From assembly GCA_049969855.1 (NCBI GenBank), contig JBMFOB010000024.1, positions 1 to 15,657 on the forward strand: a stretch of DNA of 15,657 nucleotides. The letters run 5' to 3'. The DNA comes from Candidatus Bathyarchaeia archaeon. GTDB taxonomy: Archaea; Thermoproteota; Bathyarchaeia; Bathyarchaeales; Bathycorpusculaceae. Positions 7,681-15,657 of this stretch are shown one piece after another (the first letter of the stretch is position 1; every line of letters starts with the position of its first letter). Both the position numbers and the translations under genes were made by a program. The notes under the pieces were generated by a model. It saw only the letters and a program-made list of their open reading frames with translations, was not told where the DNA came from and did not search any database.

Positions 7681-9726
7681 ATGAATTTGAATAAACTTGT
7701 CAAGGAAGAGCTTTCCGGCAATATCGCTAAATCTTTTGTTGAACAGATTACGCGTTTTCACAGAATTCAAGCTTCCACAATGTTCCATGAAGCAGCTGAA
7801 TATGTCAGAAACGAACTCATAAAAATGGGATTAGAAGATGCAAAAATCGAACAGTTCACAGCTGACGGAAAAACTAAATATTGGACCTACACCAGCCCAA
7901 TTGGCTGGACTGTGAAAAGCGCTGAACTCTACCTTATAGAGCCGGAAGAAAAGCTCATTGTACGCTATGAGGATGTGCCAACTTGTTTGCATACTTCCAG
8001 TAAGGCCACCCCATCAGAAGGAGTGACAGCAGAACTCGTCGATGTTGGTGCAGGAACAAAACCTAAAGACTACGAAGGAAAAGATGTAAAAGGCAAGTTT
8101 GTCCTAGCCACGGGAAGAGCCAAACAAGTTCACGAACAAGCAGTTTTAAAATATGGAGCATTAGGCGTAATAACAGACACATGTTGGGAATTCCCAAATG
8201 TTCGCGAAAGCTTAGACATACCAGACGCACATGCATATCAAAGCATATGGCCAAAAGCTGAAGAAATAGACAAAATAACATTCGGCTTTTCCCTAAGCAA
8301 ACGCCAAGGCAACCACTTGAGGGCTTTACTTAAAAGCGGCAAAACTGTAAAACTTAAAGCCAAAGTAGACGCTCAACTGTTCGCTGGAAATTTGGATGTT
8401 GTCACCGCTACAATACGCGGCGCCTCAAAACCAGACGAAGAAATCTTCCTAATCGCTCACTTATGCCACCCGAAACCAAGCGCAAACGACAATGCCTCTG
8501 GTAGCGGTTTACTATTAGAAATTGCCAGAACCATCAAAGCATTAATTGATTCTGGCAGGATTGCTCATCCAGCGAGGACTATACGCTTTATATGGGTTCC
8601 TGAAACTTATGGTTCTGTGGCCTACTTATCTAGACATGAAGAATTATACTCAAAACTTGTCGCTGGCATAAACCTTGACATGGTCGGCCAAGACCAAGAA
8701 CTATGCAAATCCACACTCACCCTTGACAATACGCCAGATTCTTTGCCTTCATATCTTAACGATTACGTTTTCAGCTTAATAGAACAGTCAGTGAAAGAAT
8801 TCGACAGCCAAACAATGTTTGGCGTTTCATCAACATTCCGCTATCGCGCCAGCGCATTCAGCGGCGGAAGCGATCACGCCGAATTTAACAATTCCACAGT
8901 AGGAGCTCCATGCGTCATGCTACTTCAGTGGCCCGACTTATACTACCACACAAGCATGGACACTATTGACAAGGTTAGCGTTGATACGCTCAAAAGAATA
9001 GGATGGATAACAACAGTTGCAGCATTGATGCTTGCAAACGCCACCATGGAAATGGCTTTTCTTTTGGCAAGCCAAACAGCCAAGAAAGGTACCATGCGAA
9101 TAGAAGAAGCCGCAAAAGAAGCCCTAGAAGAACTATTCAGAAAGAAGGAAGACCCAAAACTTAAGGATAAACCAGAAGAGTTAGCCAAAGAACTTGCAAA
9201 AATAGCATTCCGCTTTAAGAACAAAATGGAGCACATTATCTGGCGTGAGCAGAAAGCAATAAAATCAGTGAAAAAACTTGGAGAAAATCAAGAATTAGAC
9301 ACTTTCCTGAACAAATATTGCAATGACATCGCAAACTTGGGCCAAAAAGAAATCCTAACCTTCGAAGAAGCATTGAACTTTATGGCAAAAGCATTAGGTA
9401 TAACCCTTCCAACCAAACTGGAAGAAGCAGAAGCCGAAGCAGAGTTGAAGAGGCTGATTCCCAAAAGACTGTTTAAAGGCACACTTGATACGGAAGTGCT
9501 AAAGCAGGCGTTAAACGAAAAAGAATATGAATGGTATCAAGAAATTTGGGAGAAAGACCCAGAATTCGGAAAGAAAATGGAAGAAATTGTGAACTTTATT
9601 GATGGAAAACGAAGCGCCTATAATATTGTAATGGCTGTCTCAGCAGAGTACGACGAAACAAACCCAGAGCATGTCCTAAGATTCCTAAAAGATATGGAAA
9701 AAGCAAAACTTGTCACATTTGAATAA
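7681..9726 (+). CDS. M28-family aminopeptidase-like protein (DUF4910 type) with PA domain and a C-terminal helical/winged-helix-like extension; ORF track start is GTG 7645, ATG 7681 preferred
   Basis: PA domain (AELVDVGAGT...DVKGKFVL), AHLCHPKPSANDNASG, WVPETYGS, INLDMVG, GGSDH and YYHTSMDT; no obvious signal peptide. Confidence 0.88.
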   Translation: MNLNKLVKEELSGNIAKSFVEQITRFHRIQASTMFHEAAEYVRNELIKMGLEDAKIEQFTADGKTKYWTYTSPIGWTVKSAELYLIEPEEKLIVRYEDVPTCLHTSSKATPSEGVTAELVDVGAGTKPKDYEGKDVKGKFVLATGRAKQVHEQAVLKYGALGVITDTCWEFPNVRESLDIPDAHAYQSIWPKAEEIDKITFGFSLSKRQGNHLRALLKSGKTVKLKAKVDAQLFAGNLDVVTATIRGASKPDEEIFLIAHLCHPKPSANDNASGSGLLLEIARTIKALIDSGRIAHPARTIRFIWVPETYGSVAYLSRHEELYSKLVAGINLDMVGQDQELCKSTLTLDNTPDSLPSYLNDYVFSLIEQSVKEFDSQTMFGVSSTFRYRASAFSGGSDHAEFNNSTVGAPCVMLLQWPDLYYHTSMDTIDKVSVDTLKRIGWITTVAALMLANATMEMAFLLASQTAKKGTMRIEEAAKEALEELFRKKEDPKLKDKPEELAKELAKIAFRFKNKMEHIIWREQKAIKSVKKLGENQELDTFLNKYCNDIANLGQKEILTFEEALNFMAKALGITLPTKLEEAEAEAELKRLIPKRLFKGTLDTEVLKQALNEKEYEWYQEIWEKDPEFGKKMEEIVNFIDGKRSAYNIVMAVSAEYDETNPEHVLRFLKDMEKAKLVTFE

Positions 9727-9746
9727 CGCATAATAAATGTTGACCA

Positions 9747-10937
9747 TCAAGATTTTTTCTTTGTCTTAGTTTCTTTTAGGAAAAGCGGTAACAATGCGGA
9801 TATTCCTATAGCAAAACCAGAAGCATAAAATGGCGCAAACTGACCCCAAACATCCCAAAGGATGCCGCTGAGGGCATTTCCAACCATCTGTCCAATCCAG
9901 AAGGTGGTTGCTGAAATTCCATTAACGAGACCCCACTTTGAAGTTGGTGTAGCTTCCATCATAAGAGTTTGGAAAGCTGGCCATGAAGCGTTCAATGTAG
10001 CGTTTGAAAGAAACATGAAAATAATTAATTCCATAGTGTTTCGTGAATAGGCAAATAACAAAAAGAATGGAGAAGAAGCCGCAAAAGTTACAAACATAAC
10101 TTTCCTTCTGTCAAAAAAGTCGCTAAGTTTACCTCCTGGAACCTGAACAATTATGGAAGCAAATCCAAAACCTATAGCGTACAATATGCCTATAAACGTG
10201 TAGTCAATAGGAAATTTGGATTCGACAAAAACTGGAATCACTGGACTGGTTACGCCTATGCCGATTCCTTGAATTATGTTAACCAATGAGAAGATAAGCA
10301 CTACAAACATGTATCCGCCGAGAATTTCAGCCTTTTGATTTTTCTCATCAGAAGCCAAAGTTTGCGATTTTCTCCGAGTCTCTTGCATTATAAGTGCTAA
10401 TGGAAAAACTGCAAAGATAAGCGCTGAACAGGCAAAGAAGGGAAAGCGAATGCCGAAATAGTCAGCTGCGACTCCGCCTAAGAAAGGCGCAACCGTAGAC
10501 CCTACAAGCCAAGAAATGTTTGTCCAGCTATAAGCCGAAGCCATGGTTTCAGTTGAAGAAGCATCAGCAACTATAGCCCATCGAATTGGCAAGTACAAGC
10601 CAGTTGCAAATCCAGAGAGCATAACCCAAGGCACCAAATCCACCCAATTATTGGCTAAGGCATACATTAACGGTGGGAAAGCAGCCACAAAAGTGCCTAA
10701 CGCATGCAATCCTTTTCTGCCGTATCTGTCGGATAGGAATCCGCTGAGTATTTGCATGACCGCAGCCACAGCATTTGAAATTGAGAATACAAAACCAAGT
10801 TCAGTCATGGAAGCGTTAAGATAATCTTTTATGTATATGGGCCATATTGGGCTAAACAAGTTTGTGGCAAAGGAGCTAATTAAGAAAATGATGGAAAGGA
10901 TTAGTATGTTTCTCCCGTAAGCCATAAATGTTTTCAA
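9747..10937 (-). CDS. Major facilitator superfamily transporter (DHA1-like), substrate unknown
   Basis: About 12 hydrophobic segments; motif A twice (GFLSDRYGRK and GKLSDFFDRRK); GSTVAPFLGG motif-C-like segment. Confidence 0.93.
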   Translation of the reverse strand: MKTFMAYGRNILILSIIFLISSFATNLFSPIWPIYIKDYLNASMTELGFVFSISNAVAAVMQILSGFLSDRYGRKGLHALGTFVAAFPPLMYALANNWVDLVPWVMLSGFATGLYLPIRWAIVADASSTETMASAYSWTNISWLVGSTVAPFLGGVAADYFGIRFPFFACSALIFAVFPLALIMQETRRKSQTLASDEKNQKAEILGGYMFVVLIFSLVNIIQGIGIGVTSPVIPVFVESKFPIDYTFIGILYAIGFGFASIIVQVPGGKLSDFFDRRKVMFVTFAASSPFFLLFAYSRNTMELIIFMFLSNATLNASWPAFQTLMMEATPTSKWGLVNGISATTFWIGQMVGNALSGILWDVWGQFAPFYASGFAIGISALLPLFLKETKTKKKS

Positions 10938-11030
10938 TTTCTTTGCCTCTTGCCAAACTAACCAGCCATCACTCGAAAATGATGACCATCTATTTAAGAA
11001 TTATCGGGAAGCATAATTTTCTTTTTAGCC

Positions 11031-11045
11031 AAACACACTTATATT
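11031..11045 (+). promoter_or_regulatory. BRE/TATA-type promoter element of the PAC2 gene
   Basis: AAACACACTTATA(TT), identical to 7627-7639, with 41 nt between the motif and ATG 11085. Confidence 0.6.
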
Positions 11046-11084
11046 GCATTTTTCATTAAGGATTATGCCGCGAAGGAACCTATA

Positions 11085-11837
11085 ATGGTTTGCACCATAC
11101 AAATTTATGAAAAACCAAAACTTAACAATCCTATATTAATTGAGGGTTTGCCTGGAATAGGATTCGTAGCCAACATTGCAGCCCTCCATTTAATCCACGA
11201 ATTAAAGGCCAAGCTTTTCGCAGAAATCTTCTCAGACTCTTTCCAAGACTTGGCAGTAACCACAGAAACTGGAGGCGCACGTTCCCCAATAAATGAGTTG
11301 TACTATTACAAAGCCTCTAATAACAAGCGAGACTTAATCATATGGTATGGCAACACGCAAGCCCTAACAACCTTTGGACAATACGAGCTTTGCGGACGCG
11401 TTTTAGACTTAGCCAAAGAGTTAGGCTGTAATTACACAATAACTTTGGGCGGCTTCAAAAAAGACGAAGTAAAAACGCCGCCGGAAATCTACTGCGCAGC
11501 ATCAGACACGGAAACATTAAACGAAGCCTTAAACTTGGGCGCCAAAGTGATGGTTGGACAAATATTCGGAGTAGCTGGACTCTTAATAGGACTTGGCAAA
11601 CTCAGAGGTTTTAAGGGCTTCTCGCTTTTGGTTGAAACTTTAGGCACATATCCAGACGCAAACGCCACAAAATATGCGTTAGAGGCTTTAAACAAATTTT
11701 TGGACATGAACATAGACTTGTCAAGATTGAATGTTGCAGCGGAGAAGACTGAAAAAATATTGGAATCATTCGGTTTGATTAGAACTGCTGAAGAGGAAAA
11801 GAAGAAGGAAGAACAAAAATTCCGATGGTTCGTTTAG
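11085..11837 (+). CDS. PAC2-family proteasome assembly chaperone homologue
   Basis: LNNPILIEGLPGIGFVANIAA, ITLGGF, IFGVAGLLIG, LLVETLGTYPD, and a charged C-terminal helix. Confidence 0.9.
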   Translation: MVCTIQIYEKPKLNNPILIEGLPGIGFVANIAALHLIHELKAKLFAEIFSDSFQDLAVTTETGGARSPINELYYYKASNNKRDLIIWYGNTQALTTFGQYELCGRVLDLAKELGCNYTITLGGFKKDEVKTPPEIYCAASDTETLNEALNLGAKVMVGQIFGVAGLLIGLGKLRGFKGFSLLVETLGTYPDANATKYALEALNKFLDMNIDLSRLNVAAEKTEKILESFGLIRTAEEEKKKEEQKFRWFV

Positions 11838-13963
11838 CCTTCGCATGCATCATAAAAATTCTCAATTCTGTCAAGAATTTTCTCTATTCTCCAGTGAGTT
11901 TTCATTTCACGCTTCCATTCCTTTGGAAGTTTATGCTTGAACCTTCCAGCCGCACGTCCATCCATAATAACGATTGCTCCTTTGTCTTCTGGACTGCGTA
12001 ATAGTCTTCCAGCAGACTGAGCCAGTGCGTTTAAACATGGAATATCATTCGCATATTCTATCGCCTTACTTCCAAACTTTTCTCTGAAATATTCGTAAAC
12101 GGCAGCTTGAAGCTCAGTCTTTTTTGGATATGGCAAACCAACAACAACCACAGCAGACAACATGCTCCTTCCTGCAGTAGACATGTCAACTCCCTCGCTT
12201 ATCTTTCCTCTGGCTACTCCAAAAATCACACAGCGCTGATGGTCTTTCAAAAATTGAAGCACATCTAAAATTCCAGTGCCTCTTTGCTCCATGATGAAGG
12301 GCAAATCAAACTTTGCTACACGTGCGATTTCCTGCATAACCTCATAAGAAGGAAAGTAAACCGCTACTCGTCCACCAGTTTTATTGATTATTTGTTTAAG
12401 ATGCTCAGCGATTCTTTTCCATTGAATTTCGTTGCGTTTCTCAAACTTAGTTGTAACCGCCTTATCCACGAGGATAAGCCTATTTTCTGGCGGAAAAGGA
12501 CTTGGAAGTTCCATGGTTTCACATCGTTTCCGCTCAATTCCCAAAACATCCATGTAATAGTTCATGTGCCAAAGCGTTCCAGACATGAGAATAGCGGAAC
12601 GAAGCTTATTAATGACGTTTGCAGCTAAAGCCGGGTCTAAACAGCGAATTCCAATTCTAACGTTTTTCCTTTCATCTCTTTCGGTTTCCACATTTGCATA
12701 GCGCACATAACTTGAACCTGTTAAGCTAACCCAGTTCGAAAGAAAGCTTGCACATCTCGACAGATAAGAAACTGGGCTTTTGCCAACTTCCGCTCTTTTA
12801 TGTCGGATGATTTCTCCTTTATCTGAGAGTTCAGAAATTAATTCCATTAATTTATCAGCATCAAACTTCAACTCTTTTAATATAGCATCGATTAGTATGT
12901 CCTTTCCAATAATGTGTTCAACGTTCGCACCATATTTTTTGTAAACTTTTCTTCCAAGTTTAACCATAACTCTATACAGAGCATTCAAAAAACCGAAATC
13001 GTCCAAACCAAAAGTTTCAATTTCCTTCAAAGCCCTTCTAACAGAAGTTAATGAAAGTTCATCTGAAAATATGCCAGCAGCATAGTAAGGCAGACTGTGG
13101 GCTTCGTCAAAAACGCAGTTAACATCCTTTATTCGCCATCCAGCCCTTCCCAAAACTGAGCCTCTAACAGAATCCACGAGAAGATAATTGTAATTGCCTA
13201 TTATGATGTCAGCGTATTTTGCGAGAATTTTTGTAGCTTCGTAGGGACAAATTTCCTTTTCATAACAAATTCCATAAACCTCATCTGGCATTAAGGGACC
13301 AACTTCTCTAATCTTGTTTATGACATTGTAGGCGTGCCAACTTGGCTTCCATCCACTATAGGTTCGCTCATAATATTTGCAGGTTTTTCCAAAATTGCCT
13401 TCCTTCAAGCCTTTGCAATAGTAAAGAAAATCCCGATAGCTTATGTCCTTCAATTTTTGGTCTTCTAAAGCGTAAGGACACATTTCCTTTTTACTTTTAA
13501 AAACAGAGGCAACAAAACTAACATCACAATGTTCTTTTATGCTTTTGAGTTCTCGACAATAGATTTCAAGCTGACTTCTGGTTCTTGTTAAAGCAAGAAG
13601 TTTGCCCACGGAATTGTTCCATTCTTTAGCCATGAAATAGGCGGTTAATACGGAAATGGATTTTCCAGTGCCGCAAGGCGATGAAAGTAAACCTATCTTC
13701 CCATTCCTAATAACATCAAAGTTAAATTTTATAGCGTCAAGCTGAAAAGGTCGAAAGTTTGGGTAAGGAAAGAATTCCCTAACAAAGTTTTTAAAATCGG
13801 TTCCGCTTTCCCCTTTTGCCTCAGACTTTAGTATGCTGCCAGACACCCGCGTAAGTAAGGTTCCGCATTTTTCACAGAAGTGGCTTTCTTCATAATCTTC
13901 CATGGAATAGGTTTCGCCGCATCGGCGACAAACAAATGCGCCTTTCAAAGATTTTTCAGCCAT
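11834..13963 (-). CDS. XPD/Rad3/DinG-family Fe-S 5'-3' DNA helicase with an N-terminal Zn ribbon
   Basis: Q motif FPYPNFRPFQ, Walker A SPCGTGKS, Fe-S cysteines (EMCPY, YYCKG, KTCKYY, EICPYE), FDEAHSL, MSGTL, FPSY, GKISEGVD, QSAGRLLRS, and N-terminal CRRC-x14-CEKC. Confidence 0.93.
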   Translation of the reverse strand: MAEKSLKGAFVCRRCGETYSMEDYEESHFCEKCGTLLTRVSGSILKSEAKGESGTDFKNFVREFFPYPNFRPFQLDAIKFNFDVIRNGKIGLLSSPCGTGKSISVLTAYFMAKEWNNSVGKLLALTRTRSQLEIYCRELKSIKEHCDVSFVASVFKSKKEMCPYALEDQKLKDISYRDFLYYCKGLKEGNFGKTCKYYERTYSGWKPSWHAYNVINKIREVGPLMPDEVYGICYEKEICPYEATKILAKYADIIIGNYNYLLVDSVRGSVLGRAGWRIKDVNCVFDEAHSLPYYAAGIFSDELSLTSVRRALKEIETFGLDDFGFLNALYRVMVKLGRKVYKKYGANVEHIIGKDILIDAILKELKFDADKLMELISELSDKGEIIRHKRAEVGKSPVSYLSRCASFLSNWVSLTGSSYVRYANVETERDERKNVRIGIRCLDPALAANVINKLRSAILMSGTLWHMNYYMDVLGIERKRCETMELPSPFPPENRLILVDKAVTTKFEKRNEIQWKRIAEHLKQIINKTGGRVAVYFPSYEVMQEIARVAKFDLPFIMEQRGTGILDVLQFLKDHQRCVIFGVARGKISEGVDMSTAGRSMLSAVVVVGLPYPKKTELQAAVYEYFREKFGSKAIEYANDIPCLNALAQSAGRLLRSPEDKGAIVIMDGRAAGRFKHKLPKEWKREMKTHWRIEKILDRIENFYDACEG

Positions 13964-14663
13964 AGCTATCTTTAACCTCTCTTAATATGTTCAGCATTTT
14001 CTGTGAATTTTCTAGCATTGCATGGTTGTTGTTGAAGAAGACGTAAGCCCTTTTAGGTTTAACCTTTAAGATTTTTTCCGCCACTTCCCTTAGCTCTTCA
14101 TCAGTGTAAAAGTGGGCATACCATTCTGTTCTTCCATGCATCCTTTCATAAATCAAGCCATTTGTGTTAAAAACTTCTGTGGGAAAGTCTGGAGAATCAA
14201 CGCTTACCCATGTTATTCCAAGCCCAGAAGCCCAATATACCCATTCTTTATCGAACCATTTTAGATTTCGAACTTCAAGGGCAAACTTTTCCTTAAGCTT
14301 GGTTTTTTCAAAGAAGCCTTGTATTAATGGAGCGGATTTCGGCGTCATGGATGGTGGAAGTTGAAAGAGGAAAAAGTCTATGCTGAGTTCTAATGGTGCG
14401 AAAAGGTTTCTGAACTTATTCCATAATTGAAAAGCTCTCTCATTAAATTTGAAGGTGTGGGTTATCAAACGGTTAACCTTAACAGACCATCTAAGTCCTT
14501 TTCCCTTCAAGGCCCAAGACCTAACCATGTTCGGAAAAGGAAAACGATAAAAACTCGCATTCAACTCCACAGCATTCAAGCCAGAGTTTCTCACATACCA
14601 ATCAAAATTTCCATCCTCATTCCAAGAATACGCCCAGCCCGAAGTTCCAACGTAAAATTCCAA
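13956..14663 (-). CDS. DUF72 (YecE-like) TIM-barrel protein
   Basis: YVGTSGWAY, VELNASFYRFP, SVKVNRLITH, LFQLPPS, ALEVRN, YERMHGR and VFFNN; 8-bp overlap with the helicase start. Confidence 0.93.
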   Translation of the reverse strand: MEFYVGTSGWAYSWNEDGNFDWYVRNSGLNAVELNASFYRFPFPNMVRSWALKGKGLRWSVKVNRLITHTFKFNERAFQLWNKFRNLFAPLELSIDFFLFQLPPSMTPKSAPLIQGFFEKTKLKEKFALEVRNLKWFDKEWVYWASGLGITWVSVDSPDFPTEVFNTNGLIYERMHGRTEWYAHFYTDEELREVAEKILKVKPKRAYVFFNNNHAMLENSQKMLNILREVKDSYG

Positions 14664-14781
14664 GCTTTTTCACTAAAAATATCTTTCGCATCGTAATAAA
14701 AGAATTTATTCCTTCCAAACAGTAAACGCATCCTTAGATTTAAGTGCAGCATAAACCCTTTTTCATTTTGTGGTAAACAGC

Positions 14782-15435
14782 ATGTCTAAAGAATTCAAAC
14801 CCACAGTTTTTGCAGACACACGCGAAAGCTTAGATGTTAAAGACCATTTAATAGAACTCGGCTCCGAAGTGGTTGAAAGGGTTTTGGCGCCTGCAGATTA
14901 CGTGGTTTCAGAAGATTATGCGGTTGAGCGGAAGGAGCTTCACGACTTTTTCCGCTCCATATTTGATGGAAGACTTTTTGAGCAAGCGGAAAGGTTGGCT
15001 GAAGCTTATGAAAACGCATGTTTGCTTGTAGAAGGCGATGTAATAAAGGCTGTGAAAACCCTCCACAATCCCATGGTCTTTTGGGGCGCCATAGCAAAAA
15101 TCATGGCAGACCATCGCATTTCTTTAGTTTTCACACCAGAAGAGCGGCATACAGCCATGTTTCTTCACAGTCTTGCCAAGAAACTTCAAGAAGAGAAGCA
15201 TAGGAAAATATTGGTTAAACATAAACCTAAAGCTTACACTCTGAAGCAAATGCAAATTTCAGCCGTGCAAAGCCTACCATTAATCGGTCCAGAAAGGGCT
15301 GAACTTTTGCTTAGGAAATTTGGAAGTGTGAGAAAAGTTTTTCAAGCGTCAAAAGTGGAGCTTCTTTCGGTGAAGGGATTGGGCGAAAAAACCGTTAAGA
15401 AAATTTTGGATTTTCTCGACGCTAAATATCAATAA
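14782..15435 (+). CDS. xpf: XPF/ERCC4 structure-specific endonuclease, short form (nuclease + HhH2, no helicase); ORF track start is GTG 14770
   Basis: ADTRE, ADYVV, nuclease motif AVERKELHDFFRSIFDGRLFEQ, LLVEG, and tandem HhH (LPLIGPERA, VKGLGEKTV). Confidence 0.92.
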   Translation: MSKEFKPTVFADTRESLDVKDHLIELGSEVVERVLAPADYVVSEDYAVERKELHDFFRSIFDGRLFEQAERLAEAYENACLLVEGDVIKAVKTLHNPMVFWGAIAKIMADHRISLVFTPEERHTAMFLHSLAKKLQEEKHRKILVKHKPKAYTLKQMQISAVQSLPLIGPERAELLLRKFGSVRKVFQASKVELLSVKGLGEKTVKKILDFLDAKYQ

Positions 15436-15453
15436 AAAGAAGGAAAACTTGGT

Positions 15454-15657
15454 TTAACCCTTAACTTCGCTGATAAACTGTTCGTAAACCTTCTGCACTC
15501 GCTCAGCAGCTGGACCAGAACCTTCCACTACACCCTTCTCTGTTACCTTAACCTTGTCCATAACCCAAATGAAACCCTTATCCTCATAAAGTTTAACCAT
15601 TGTTGGAAAAACCTTTTCAAGACGGTCAGCCAAAGCCTTAAGGTCGAAGGGTTTTTC
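15454..15657 (-). CDS. Lsm-family RNA-binding protein, SmAP3-type C-terminal domain (3' part; gene begins beyond the window); absent from the ORF track
   Basis: Manual translation from 15657: EKPFDLKALADRLEKVFPTMVKLYEDKGFIWVMDKVKVTEKGVVEGSGPAAERVQKVYEQFISEVKG*. This resembles the C-terminal domain of crenarchaeal SmAP3 (FDL..LA..LEKVFP.MVK...V.E.GVEGSGP.AERV). Confidence 0.82.
   Translation of the reverse strand, partial: EKPFDLKALADRLEKVFPTMVKLYEDKGFIWVMDKVKVTEKGVVEGSGPAAERVQKVYEQFISEVKG

Noticed and set aside
3566-15203. Remaining short ORFs nested in or antisense to called genes (for example 4600-4845, 8943-9236, 12284-12628, 14427-14696, 14837-15097)
   Set aside because: All overlap well-supported genes and show no recognisable motifs.
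15396-15435. XPF C-terminal KKILDFL as a PCNA-interacting (PIP) motif
   Set aside because: It falls in the final helix of the HhH2 domain rather than a separate tail and lacks the Gln and paired aromatics, so it cannot be supported.
1-15657. CRISPR array, transposase/IS, integrase, tRNA or rRNA; XPD-like helicase as a CasDinG or defence gene
   Set aside because: No periodic repeats, terminal inverted repeats, cas genes or GC-rich stable-RNA segments were seen, and the context is housekeeping.

Overview
Gene-dense, AT-rich archaeal chromosomal window. It is most consistent with a Bathyarchaeia-like (TACK) archaeon, inferred from Wood-Ljungdahl cdhD/cdhE genes, a short helicase-free XPF, an SmAP3-type Lsm and a PUA-less TgtA. 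In order it holds: the 3' end of cdhD and all of cdhE; a 180-bp intergenic region with a candidate structured RNA; a 2x[4Fe-4S] protein divergent from cooT; a tight minus-strand operon (tgtA, PHP phosphoesterase, beta-CASP nuclease, archaemetzincin, presenilin-like protease); an M28/DUF4910 peptidase; an MFS transporter; a PAC2 proteasome chaperone; a DUF72 gene overlapping a Zn-ribbon-fused XPD/Rad3 helicase, divergent from XPF; and the 3' end of SmAP3. No tRNA, rRNA, CRISPR or mobile element was seen. The best leads are the DUF72/XPD/XPF putative repair module, the candidate ncRNA or switch at about 1760-1855, and an identical 13-bp promoter element at identical spacing upstream of two proteolysis genes. 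All calls are from motif recognition by eye; no database searches were run.
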